DNA of 64,000 nucleotides, taken from Flavipsychrobacter sp. (GTDB lineage: Bacteria; Bacteroidota; Bacteroidia; Chitinophagales; Chitinophagaceae). Position numbers and translations under genes: made by a program. This document shows, in pieces, positions 27,142 through 36,176 of this stretch; the first letter of the stretch is position 1; the number at the start of each line of letters is the position of its first letter. The notes beneath the pieces are model-generated. The model had not been told where the DNA came from and ran no database searches. It was given only the letters and a program-made list of their open reading frames with translations. The DNA is taken from positions 13,694 through 77,693 of the forward strand of contig JBGAFS010000008.1 in assembly GCA_044227125.1 (NCBI GenBank), given 5' to 3'.

Positions 27142-28164
27142 ATGGGATTCAGAATTTTACTCTTTGTATTATTAAGCCCATACCTTATCAGCGGGGCTTA
27201 CGCACAACTTAACCAGGGGCTTGTAGCACACTGGGCATTCAACGGAAACTATGCAGACAGCAGCGGGCACAACCATCATGGCACAGCCCACAATGTAGCA
27301 GACACATCAGGACGAAAAGGACTATCTCACACAGCCATGTATTTTAACGGTGGCAGCAGCTATATCATGGTGCCTTATGATTCTGCTTTTAACGTACATA
27401 AATTCAGCATCTGCGCTATTGTAAAACCTGTAGCGTTTTACACAGGCCCCTGCCAGGCAAGTGCCATACTGTGGCGGGGATATGAAAACAATGCAGGTAA
27501 CTATGCACTGATATTCTCCGATAATCCTACAGATAATGATTGCAATTCGCAGGACACATCTAAACAGGTATTCTGGGGCAAGGGCGGTAATACAAGTACC
27601 AGCTATGCACAATGGAATTATGCTCCGAAAATCACATCTAATACATGGTACAGCGTTGTGATGACATTTGACAGTACCCACTACAAAACTTATGTGAATG
27701 GCGTGAATAAAGCTACCGTCAGTGTACTGGGCGGAGCATTAGGCACATCTACCGACAGTTTGTGGATAGGAGCTTCGTATAATGGCTCAACTGGTGTGTA
27801 CCCTTACTGGCTGAACGGATTTATTGATGACCTGCGCATATACAACCGCGTACTGGCAGACAGTGAGATAGTACAATATGATGCCACCAATATAAATGAT
27901 GTGCCGGTGGCAACAACTGATTTTGGTATATACCCCAATCCTTCTAACGGCACATTTACCATAGACGGTACTGTACATAACGGTGCAGCAGTATTGGCAG
28001 AACTGACCAGCATAACAGGGCAGATATTATACAAAGCATCTGTGCCCGTAACAGGTGGCATTTTTCATCAAACAATTTCTACAGGCAATATAAGTGCAGG
28101 TATATATTTTATAAGAGTATCCTCAGCTGATGGCAACGTTACCAGGAAAATAATTATTCAATAG
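27142..28164 (+). CDS. LamG domain protein with a T9SS C-terminal domain (paralog of the N-terminal half of 23917..25548)
   Basis: 340 aa. LVAHWAFNGNYADSSGHNHHG..., NGFIDDLRIYNRVLADSEI, C-terminus FGIYPNPSNGTFTI...GIYFIRV. Confidence 0.8.
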   Translation: MGFRILLFVLLSPYLISGAYAQLNQGLVAHWAFNGNYADSSGHNHHGTAHNVADTSGRKGLSHTAMYFNGGSSYIMVPYDSAFNVHKFSICAIVKPVAFYTGPCQASAILWRGYENNAGNYALIFSDNPTDNDCNSQDTSKQVFWGKGGNTSTSYAQWNYAPKITSNTWYSVVMTFDSTHYKTYVNGVNKATVSVLGGALGTSTDSLWIGASYNGSTGVYPYWLNGFIDDLRIYNRVLADSEIVQYDATNINDVPVATTDFGIYPNPSNGTFTIDGTVHNGAAVLAELTSITGQILYKASVPVTGGIFHQTISTGNISAGIYFIRVSSADGNVTRKIIIQ

Positions 28165-28180
28165 CTATTGCTGATAATGA

Positions 28181-28208
28181 AAAGCCCCGCTACAAGCGGG
28201 GCTTTTTT
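28181..28208. terminator. bidirectional intrinsic terminator
   Basis: AAAGCCCCGC-TACAA-GCGGGGCTTTTTT between convergent genes. Confidence 0.8.
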
Positions 28209-29127
28209 ATTTTACTGTTTTAAGGAAATCATTAATTACCTGTGTGAATCTTTCCGGTTCTTCTATAAAAGGAAAGTGGCCAGACTTCTCCAGCCTTACC
28301 ATTTGTGCTTTGCCTAATGAACTGGTAAATCTTTCATCAGCTTCCAGCGGCATAGCATCTGCATCGCCATGTATCACCAATGCCGGGCAGGTAATGTTTT
28401 TCATATCTGCATACAGGTCGCGGTCGTACAGTTTCCAGTCAGACGAAAGGCCGGCAAACAATGAACGTTGCTTATCAGCAAAATCATCAGGGAAACACAA
28501 AGACACTTTATCAGCCGTCTCAGGACTATAGCTGCTACCCAGGAAAGAGAAGCGCATCTTTATCTCTATGATGCTTATCTCCCTTGCCTGTATCTCGTTC
28601 TTCTTATCAATAAAACCGGGGGAGAATTTTTTCTTATCCAGCATTTTCATCTGCAAAGAATCGTACTGGTGGTTCATTGCTACCGGATCGCTGAAGATAA
28701 CAGACTTAACAGATGAGGGGTACAGCAATGCGTAGTTGACTGCCAGCTTTGCCCCCCATGAGTGTGCCAGTATATTGAGCTTCTTAATATTGAATGCCTT
28801 CCGCAGTGCCTCAATATCGTCTACCATATTTTTATGGCTGGCACCAAGGCTATCTGCAGGTATAGCTGACTTGCAGGTAGAGCGCTGGTCGTAAAAGATG
28901 AGTGTATGCTCTTTTGCCAATGGCATAAGGTATGGCAGGAAATAATCGTAGCCAAAGCCGGGGCCGCCGTGTATCACCAGTATCGGCTCACCTTTGCCTA
29001 CTACTTTGCAATAGAGCTTTGTGCCGTTGATATCTTTGAGTCCTTCAAAAACTGTTTCCTGTGCCTGTAAGGAAATTGTACAGGCCATCAATGCCAATGC
29101 ACAGGCATACTTCAGTATGTGTTTCAT
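28207..29127 (-). CDS. secreted alpha/beta hydrolase (proline iminopeptidase-like)
   Basis: 306 aa with a signal peptide. HGGPGFGYDYF, nucleophile elbow AHSWG, C-terminal HGDAD....GH. Confidence 0.75.
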   Translation of the reverse strand: MKHILKYACALALMACTISLQAQETVFEGLKDINGTKLYCKVVGKGEPILVIHGGPGFGYDYFLPYLMPLAKEHTLIFYDQRSTCKSAIPADSLGASHKNMVDDIEALRKAFNIKKLNILAHSWGAKLAVNYALLYPSSVKSVIFSDPVAMNHQYDSLQMKMLDKKKFSPGFIDKKNEIQAREISIIEIKMRFSFLGSSYSPETADKVSLCFPDDFADKQRSLFAGLSSDWKLYDRDLYADMKNITCPALVIHGDADAMPLEADERFTSSLGKAQMVRLEKSGHFPFIEEPERFTQVINDFLKTVK

Positions 29128-29163
29128 ATCTGTTATATCTGTACGGGAAATTAAGGAATAATA

Positions 29164-30672
29164 TTATTCGGGGACCGGGCATATTGTTATTTCTGATTTG
29201 TCGAATTTAACTAAGAGTTTATTTTGGTATAGACTGGGACATTTAAAAAATGTTGCCAGCTTTGTATGTCCATTAGCAATAACAGCTTTCTTGCCTTTAA
29301 TATACATGTCTGTACCATTGGGCATTGTTTTTCTGTAGTAATATTTCTTTGCGGGCCACCACCTACTTACATTCAGGTTTTCATCAAATTGGATCAGCCC
29401 CCTGCCTTCAGACTCTAAATAATATGTGTGCGGGTATAATACTGAGAAGCTGGTCTTCATACTGCTATCAAACAAATGCCCACGCCAAACCAGATCGTTA
29501 TACCCCCCGAACAATATACTATCAACAGGCACATTATAACTCTCTTTTATTATTTTGCCAGTATGCCCATCAAGTATAGCAAACTGCTTATCTGTAAGCA
29601 GGTGCAGTGTATCATTATCAATGCCACACTCAACTATCATTATAGAAGAATCAAACACATGAGAGTACTGCAACTTACCGCTTTCCAGGTCATATGCAGC
29701 TACATAAGGAGTTGAAGTGTAGGTTTTAGCAAGATGAGAATATGCAAAACCATTGTTGAGTACAACTAAATTATTTCCCAGTATCTGCAAGTCAGACCTG
29801 CCAGTACGATCAGACGGCAGCGTTCTTTTCCATAGCAGTTTGCCACTTGTATCAACAGCTACTACTTCTTCTGCGCCTGCCATGTAATAAACATTATTAT
29901 AGCGTATTGGCCTAGAACACATATCTATTACAAGCGCTTCGCGTGCACTCTTTTGTTTTCCTTTTACCTTATATAAAGAATATATAGGCATTTCCTTGTA
30001 CGATAATATCCAAACTTTTTCCGTAACGCCCGTTATGAATTGTTGGTACCACCCCTCCCCTGTGAGCAGGTTTAGTTTTCTTAACCCATTGGCAGTCACA
30101 ATCACATTCAAGCTATCTATCTTCCTGAGGTTCAGTACACCGTTGCTCCTGTCTATAGGGTTCTCCCAGATAGTTTTAAAGGTCTTCATATCAACACCAT
30201 AGCCATTATAGGACAGTCCGATACCTGCGGTTTCATCAACATAATCTATCGTAAAAACAAACTTCCCCTTTTTCTTTTTGTCACCACTCTTATTTATAAC
30301 GACAGCATCTTCCGGTCCAACATGGGTAACAATATAATCCCTGTAGTTTTTAATATAATGTACATCTTCACTAAAGCGTTGTATGTACCTCGTAGTTTTG
30401 TTTATAAGGTCGAAACATAACGAGAACCTGCCAAATGCTATGCCCTGTGGGTTGATCTTAGTACACAGCGTGAGGTACAGATACCTGTTACTGTCATCAA
30501 TGCGGTAATCAATTATTATATAAGGATCAACAGAATAATGGTCTGCATAAATAGTATCGCCATTGGCATATATCCCAACAGGCACTTTTTCAAACATCAG
30601 GTTATCTTCTACGTTTTGTGCCAATACACTAAAAGGCAAACAGAACAACAATAGCGTTTTGAATATTTTCAT
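29164..30672 (-). CDS. secreted protein with PQQ/BamB-like beta-propeller repeats, unknown function
   Basis: Start at ATG 30672 (MKIFKTLLLFCLPFSVLAQ). Repeats include VVAVDTSGKLLWKR, AAYDLESGKLQYSH, ILDGHTGKIIKE. Low GC. Last gene of the TolC..LytTR operon string. Confidence 0.5.
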   Translation of the reverse strand: MKIFKTLLLFCLPFSVLAQNVEDNLMFEKVPVGIYANGDTIYADHYSVDPYIIIDYRIDDSNRYLYLTLCTKINPQGIAFGRFSLCFDLINKTTRYIQRFSEDVHYIKNYRDYIVTHVGPEDAVVINKSGDKKKKGKFVFTIDYVDETAGIGLSYNGYGVDMKTFKTIWENPIDRSNGVLNLRKIDSLNVIVTANGLRKLNLLTGEGWYQQFITGVTEKVWILSYKEMPIYSLYKVKGKQKSAREALVIDMCSRPIRYNNVYYMAGAEEVVAVDTSGKLLWKRTLPSDRTGRSDLQILGNNLVVLNNGFAYSHLAKTYTSTPYVAAYDLESGKLQYSHVFDSSIMIVECGIDNDTLHLLTDKQFAILDGHTGKIIKESYNVPVDSILFGGYNDLVWRGHLFDSSMKTSFSVLYPHTYYLESEGRGLIQFDENLNVSRWWPAKKYYYRKTMPNGTDMYIKGKKAVIANGHTKLATFFKCPSLYQNKLLVKFDKSEITICPVPE

Positions 30673-30703
30673 AGGTGCTACAAGATACAAATAAGCCTGC
30701 TAC

Positions 30704-31156
30704 TTACTTCTCAATCACCAGCGGGTCTATCCCCTTCTCTGCACCATTAAGTTTGCAGGAAGCAAGTGATTCGATCTTATCTTCTTTATCTAAAGGGCAA
30801 TTATTGCACCTGTATCTTGTATATAAATAGCCTGATATACGGTAAGTAGCATTAGTAGCAGGTATGCGTATCTGCCAGTGCTGGTCGTCACCCAGCCATG
30901 AATGCTGGCTATGTATGAGCTCAAAAGTAGAATCGGTGCCCATTTTTTCAGCAACGCATAACTGCTCAGCAGAAGTAATAGTACTGAATGTGCCGTCTGT
31001 AGAATAGCCTGTTACATATATTGTATCCAGGTCTGCAGCCGTGAAATTCATGAAGGTTACGGGTATTTCATGTCGTTCATAGCAGTACTTCTTGGTGCAG
31101 CAGGAAGGCAATAAACCAAGAGTTAATAAAGCCAGTACTATAAGGGAGGTTTTCAT
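30704..31156 (-). CDS. small lipoprotein, unknown function
   Basis: Start at ATG 31156 (MKTSLIVLALLTLGLLPSCC, with a lipobox). About 150 aa, Cys-containing, 68 nt downstream of the LytTR regulator. Confidence 0.5.
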   Translation of the reverse strand: MKTSLIVLALLTLGLLPSCCTKKYCYERHEIPVTFMNFTAADLDTIYVTGYSTDGTFSTITSAEQLCVAEKMGTDSTFELIHSQHSWLGDDQHWQIRIPATNATYRISGYLYTRYRCNNCPLDKEDKIESLASCKLNGAEKGIDPLVIEK

Positions 31157-31224
31157 AAAACTGTATTTAGGGTCAAGAACGCAATTACCATGCCATATAG
31201 TATGCTCTGCAAGGGCATGCAGTA

Positions 31225-31986
31225 TTACCCCTCCACCCACTTGCGGAACTGGGCTGCTTTTTCTTTACTGATAATTACTTCGGGAGATGGTGTGAGTTTC
31301 AGCTTCAGTAATATCTTTCCTGTTTCGTCGCCACGCATAGATTCTATGTATGGTAATGATATAATATACTGGCGGTTGGCACGGAAGAACTTAGCAGGAT
31401 CCAGCAATTCTTCTATCTCATCCAGCGAGCGGAAATCTGTTATGTATTTCTTTCCGTCTTTATGCACCAGGTATATCACCTCTTCTTTTGAGAAACAACT
31501 GATATCGTCTACATGTATCAGCAGTATGTTACGGCCAAAATGGGCTGTGAATCGCTCTTTATATTTATTGCTGTTCTTAAAATCGCTGAAGAGGGTGGCT
31601 ATCTGTTTCAGGTATTGTTCATTGCCAAACTTAGACTGCAATAAATGAAACTTATCAAAAGCTGCTTTCAGCTCTGCTTTATCAATTGGTTTCAGCAGAT
31701 AATCTACACTGTTTACCTTGAAGGCTCTTATGGCATATTCATTGAAGGCAGTGGTGAATATGATGGGGCATTGTATATTACCCTCGGTAAAAATATCAAG
31801 GCTGATACCGTCCGACAGTTGGATATCTGAAATGATAAGGTCCGGCGCAGACTTAGCCAGTATAGCTCTTGCTTCCTTAACACTGGCCACAGGGCCTTCT
31901 ATCTCTGCAGCCGGCTCCAATTGTTTCACTATCTTTATGAGGCTTTCCGCCACCAAATGTTCGTCTTCCAGTACCAGTATCTTCAT
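31225..31986 (-). CDS. LytR/AlgR-family response regulator (REC + LytTR)
   Basis: MKILVLEDE..DLIISDIQL receiver and a C-terminal FFRANRQYIISL LytTR domain. Confidence 0.9.
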   Translation of the reverse strand: MKILVLEDEHLVAESLIKIVKQLEPAAEIEGPVASVKEARAILAKSAPDLIISDIQLSDGISLDIFTEGNIQCPIIFTTAFNEYAIRAFKVNSVDYLLKPIDKAELKAAFDKFHLLQSKFGNEQYLKQIATLFSDFKNSNKYKERFTAHFGRNILLIHVDDISCFSKEEVIYLVHKDGKKYITDFRSLDEIEELLDPAKFFRANRQYIISLPYIESMRGDETGKILLKLKLTPSPEVIISKEKAAQFRKWVEG

Positions 31987-31995
31987 ATCGCTAAA

Positions 31996-33075
31996 TTACA
32001 ACAGGGGTATCTTAATTGTATATCGGTCTTCTGTGCTTTCTATAACAATGGGCTTATCTATAAGATAACTGTATAGCTGTTTCAGTTGCAGTATACCCTG
32101 CCCGTTTGATGTTTCTATTTGCCTGCGCAGCTGTTTGTTATTGGTAACAACCAGGTAATCTGCTTCGTCTTTTATCTCGATATTCAAAGGCTCGCCCGCC
32201 TGCACTATGTTATGCTTGATAGCATTGTCTATCAGCATTTGCAGGGTTACCATCACAATGCCTCGCTCACGTGCTTCGGCAGAAATATTGGTGGATATAC
32301 TCAATCCGCTGGCGTAGCGTATATGCTGCAGTTCTATATAGTGGCTGATAAAATCAAGTTCTTCTTCGAGGTTCACAACCTCGCTTTCTTTGTGCTGCAA
32401 TACATAACGATATACTTTTGACATATGCCGCACAAACTCTGATGCAAGATCGGGGTTGGTATGTATGAGCCCATCGAGCGATGTGAGTGTATTGAACAGA
32501 TAATGCGGGTTTACCTGGTTGCGGAGCTGGTGGTATTGCAGGTCGAACTTTTCTTTTTCCAGTTGTGCCGCCTGTATCTCCAGTGTGGCTTTATCTTCTA
32601 CAGACTCCTGCCAGTTCTTAAAAAAATAGCCCGCATAAAAACTGAAGTTAAACAGGCTTATCAATACCAGGAACAGCACTATACCAATAGCAAGGAATTG
32701 CTTATTGACATAAGACGGCATATATGGCTTGAAAATAACCAGCAAGGTAGCTGCAATGGGCATAATAATGGCGATACATAATATCACCTGTACCACAATA
32801 CGCTTTACCGGGCCGTGGCTGAATGGCATTGTTTTATCCAGCCGCTTGCTGAGCCACTTCACCAATTGCCATATACTTATCATGCTTATTGTCTGCATGA
32901 AAAAGCCGCCCAGTTGGCGTTGCCAGCCCCATTCGGGTATCAGGTAGAGGCGCACAAATGACATGGCAAATGTGAACAGCAGTATCACAAAGTATGGCGT
33001 AAGCCTGTACTGTACGAAGTTGATACGTTTCTGTTGCTGTGTGCCTGACAATGCTATGTGCGTTCTGATACTCAT
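31996..33075 (-). CDS. LytS/YehU-type sensor histidine kinase (multi-TM sensor, His_kinase + HATPase)
   Basis: ATG at 33075 preferred over the TTG at 33087. It has 4-5 TM helices, QVNPHYLFNTL, and LQMLIDNAIKHN. Confidence 0.85.
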   Translation of the reverse strand: MSIRTHIALSGTQQQKRINFVQYRLTPYFVILLFTFAMSFVRLYLIPEWGWQRQLGGFFMQTISMISIWQLVKWLSKRLDKTMPFSHGPVKRIVVQVILCIAIIMPIAATLLVIFKPYMPSYVNKQFLAIGIVLFLVLISLFNFSFYAGYFFKNWQESVEDKATLEIQAAQLEKEKFDLQYHQLRNQVNPHYLFNTLTSLDGLIHTNPDLASEFVRHMSKVYRYVLQHKESEVVNLEEELDFISHYIELQHIRYASGLSISTNISAEARERGIVMVTLQMLIDNAIKHNIVQAGEPLNIEIKDEADYLVVTNNKQLRRQIETSNGQGILQLKQLYSYLIDKPIVIESTEDRYTIKIPLL

Positions 33076-33095
33076 TGCAAAATACAAATCATTAC

Positions 33096-33791
33096 TTAGT
33101 GTTTACCATTGGGGTAATGTGTACCAATAATATTACCGTCTTCCATTTCTATGATGCGGTCGCTGCCATTGGCAAAATCAGGGTCGTGGGTTACGGTAAT
33201 GATGGTTTGCTTATTTTCTGCTGCCAGTTGCTTAAAAATATCGAATACGCGCTGCGAATTGGCCTTGTCCAGGTTACCGGTAGGTTCATCACCCATGATT
33301 ATTGCCGGGTCGTTGACCAATGCGCGGGCTATGGCCACCCGCTGCTGCTGGCCACCTGACAGTTTAGACGCATGCTTCAGGGCATATTCGTCCATACCTA
33401 CCATGCGGAGTTTTTCTATAGCGCGGTGCTCTATTTCTTCGTCACTGTATTTGCCCAGCTTCAGCGCAGGCATCATTACGTTGCGCAGTGCAGTGAATTC
33501 AGGCAGCAGGTAGTGAAACTGGAATACAAAGCCCAGGTTCTCATTGCGGAAATGCGCCAGCTCGTTCTGTGTCTTCCCCCTCAGGTTGCTGCCTTTTATC
33601 TCCAGCCCGCCTTCAAAATCTGTATCCATAGTAGACAGGATGTACAGCAGTGTACTCTTACCGCAGCCGCTCTTACCTACTATGGATAAGAATTCGCCCT
33701 GCTCTGCTTCAAAGCTCACACTTTTAAGCACCTGGAACTTATCGGGCTCCATGAAGTACTTGACAATATTTGATGCTTTAAGAATGTTCAT
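33096..33791 (-). CDS. ABC transporter ATP-binding protein (MacB/LolD-type)
   Basis: Walker A GKSGCGKST, signature LSGGQQQRVAIARAL, Walker B IIMGDEPTGNLD. Confidence 0.9.
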   Translation of the reverse strand: MNILKASNIVKYFMEPDKFQVLKSVSFEAEQGEFLSIVGKSGCGKSTLLYILSTMDTDFEGGLEIKGSNLRGKTQNELAHFRNENLGFVFQFHYLLPEFTALRNVMMPALKLGKYSDEEIEHRAIEKLRMVGMDEYALKHASKLSGGQQQRVAIARALVNDPAIIMGDEPTGNLDKANSQRVFDIFKQLAAENKQTIITVTHDPDFANGSDRIIEMEDGNIIGTHYPNGKH

Positions 33792-33821
33792 TGTTGAAAT
33801 TCATGTTTTACAAATAGCACA

Positions 33822-35084
33822 CTATCCTCTTATTATCTGCACAGGGTCAACTTTTGCCGCACGTTTGGATGGGAAGTAGCCCGCAAACAATGTGGTAAGG
33901 AAACCAAAGAACAGGCCGGAAGCATAATGGAACAATTTGAAGTTTACCGGGAAGGTCTTCATACGCACTACCTCACCTGCCGGGAAGGGTGTGTGCGCCA
34001 GTATCGTACTCACTGTCCAGCCTATCAGCAAGCCGAGCAGGCCACCTGCTATACCTATCATCAGTGATTGAAGCAGGAATATACCTGTGATATCGCTGCC
34101 TTCAAAACCTGTGGCTTTCAGTATGGCTATATCCTTCATCTTGTTGATGATGTTCATGTTCATAATATTGTAAATACCGAACCCGGCTACAATAAGCAGC
34201 GTGATACATACAACAGTGGTCATAACATTACGTATCACCGTACCTGCCAATATAGATGCATTGGCTTTCTCCCAGTCTTCGAAATATGTATCAGGATATA
34301 ACTGCTTCAGTTTTTCTGCAAAGGCAACTGCCTGTGTTTTGTCTTTGAGCTTCATATGCAGCTCTGTAACGTATGACGGGTCTACACCCATTATCTTTTG
34401 CACAGTGGCTATGGTAGCATAGCTTTTAGATTCGTCCCATGCGGCAATACCAAAAGAGAAGATGCCTGCAATACGCACATTCACGTTATTACCTTCGGGG
34501 GTGGTAACACTAACCCTGTCGCCTATCTTAACGTTCATCTTCTTGGCAAGTCCTTTACCTACAATTATTACGTCAGAACCTTTGCGCAGATCTTCCAGCG
34601 AACCTTCGTCCATCTTCTCATCGAGCTGGAAGAGTTTTTTCTGCATATCTATATCTATGCCGGAGAGTGTGCCCGGTATCTGCGTAGGGCCATTGTTGAA
34701 GAACACCTGTGTACCTACCTGCGGTGCCACGCCTTCTATCTCGGGCATTGCAGCTATCTGCTGCGCCATAATAAGGCCGTTCTTTATTTTGGTGAGTTCT
34801 TTCTTAGCGCGTTGGTGCTCCAGTACATACCAACTTTTCTCATCGGCAGGCTGGCCTTCGGCTATTATCTTTTCATCCTTCAGCTCTATGGGTTTGTACA
34901 CGCGTATATGCGGTGTGTTGTCCATTGCCATATCCTCGAGGAAGTCATTAACCCCGGTCATGAAACTAATCATGATAATGAACATGGATATACCGAAGGT
35001 AACACCCAGCATGGCTATGATGCTCTGCCGCTTTTTGGTAAGCAGGTGCGTAGAGGCTATATTGAATGCCAGTTTCCAGTTCAT
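33822..35084 (-). CDS. ABC transporter permease, FtsX/MacB-type with a large periplasmic domain
   Basis: 420 aa. N-terminal TM, ~250-aa extracytoplasmic domain, three C-terminal TMs, ending ..PSKRAAKVDPVQIIRG (FtsX signature). Confidence 0.85.
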   Translation of the reverse strand: MNWKLAFNIASTHLLTKKRQSIIAMLGVTFGISMFIIMISFMTGVNDFLEDMAMDNTPHIRVYKPIELKDEKIIAEGQPADEKSWYVLEHQRAKKELTKIKNGLIMAQQIAAMPEIEGVAPQVGTQVFFNNGPTQIPGTLSGIDIDMQKKLFQLDEKMDEGSLEDLRKGSDVIIVGKGLAKKMNVKIGDRVSVTTPEGNNVNVRIAGIFSFGIAAWDESKSYATIATVQKIMGVDPSYVTELHMKLKDKTQAVAFAEKLKQLYPDTYFEDWEKANASILAGTVIRNVMTTVVCITLLIVAGFGIYNIMNMNIINKMKDIAILKATGFEGSDITGIFLLQSLMIGIAGGLLGLLIGWTVSTILAHTPFPAGEVVRMKTFPVNFKLFHYASGLFFGFLTTLFAGYFPSKRAAKVDPVQIIRG

Positions 35085-36172
35085 TTGTCTACAATTACGG
35101 TTGATGATTCAGTTAACCCGCCGCGTACTTCTACCCAGCTTTCATCTTCTACCCCTTTCTGAATTTTTACTTTCTTCTTTTCTCCGTTATCCTTTACCCA
35201 TACACTGTCGCCCTTCATTACTGCACCACGTGGTATGGCCAGTACGTTCTTTTTATCAGTAACTACTATGTTAGCTTCGAGGTTGAGGCCATACATAGAC
35301 ACCGGAACCGGCTCATCCAGCACCGCATCTGCACGGAAAGACTGCTCTACCTTATTCAGTAATGGATATACTTTGCTTATGTGTGCCTTGAATACTTTAT
35401 CAGGGAATGCATCCATTGAGATAAGTACCTGCTGGCCTTTGTACACTTTATCCAGGTCGTCTTCATCTACCAGCAGTTTGGCATACATACTGCCTGCACC
35501 AATGAGCGCTACGGGTTGGTTAGGATTAATAAGGTCTCCTGTTTTCTTATACACATCATACACTATTCCGTTCACAAAGCTCTTCAGGTTGCCCACACTT
35601 GATTGTGCTGCTGCAACTGCCAATTGGTTCTTTGCCTGTTGCAGTTGTATATCGCCGCTCAGCCTTTGCTGCTGGTATTGCTGGCGCAGGCTCTGGTAGT
35701 CTTTCAGCGAGCTCTGGTATTGCAGGTATATCTTTTCGTAGTTGCTCTGCGAAATAGCTTTCTGGTCGTACAGTGCTTTGTAGCGTGCATATTGCAGGCT
35801 GTCCTGCTGCATTTTTATATGCGCTACTTCTATACGCCCCTGCAACTCGCGCAGCATAGGTGCATTATCTGTTACAGTAGGTATGGTCTTTTGCACCAAT
35901 GCTACTGCTCCCTGCTCCTGCGCATTGCGTATATCACTGCTTAGTTTAAAGAGCAATTGCCCCGTGTGTACGGTATCGCCTTCTTTCACCAGTGCATCTA
36001 CCAGGTAGCCATCAACCGATGATACTACTTTATACTCCTGCTCGGGCACCAGCGTGCCGGAGGCATAGACTGCCGCAGTGAGCATTTTCATTTCAGGGTG
36101 TACTTCCTTTTGTTTTTGTTTACAGCCTGTAGCTGCAAATGCCAGCATTAGCCATAATAGCTGTCGCTTCAT
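35081..36172 (-). CDS. HlyD/MFP-family periplasmic adaptor subunit
   Basis: 363 aa with lipoprotein-like start ..ATGC, a coiled-coil hairpin (QQ-rich) and a beta-barrel C-terminus. ATGA-type overlap with the permease gene. Confidence 0.85.
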   Translation of the reverse strand: MKRQLLWLMLAFAATGCKQKQKEVHPEMKMLTAAVYASGTLVPEQEYKVVSSVDGYLVDALVKEGDTVHTGQLLFKLSSDIRNAQEQGAVALVQKTIPTVTDNAPMLRELQGRIEVAHIKMQQDSLQYARYKALYDQKAISQSNYEKIYLQYQSSLKDYQSLRQQYQQQRLSGDIQLQQAKNQLAVAAAQSSVGNLKSFVNGIVYDVYKKTGDLINPNQPVALIGAGSMYAKLLVDEDDLDKVYKGQQVLISMDAFPDKVFKAHISKVYPLLNKVEQSFRADAVLDEPVPVSMYGLNLEANIVVTDKKNVLAIPRGAVMKGDSVWVKDNGEKKKVKIQKGVEDESWVEVRGGLTESSTVIVDK

Positions 36173-36176
36173 TGTA

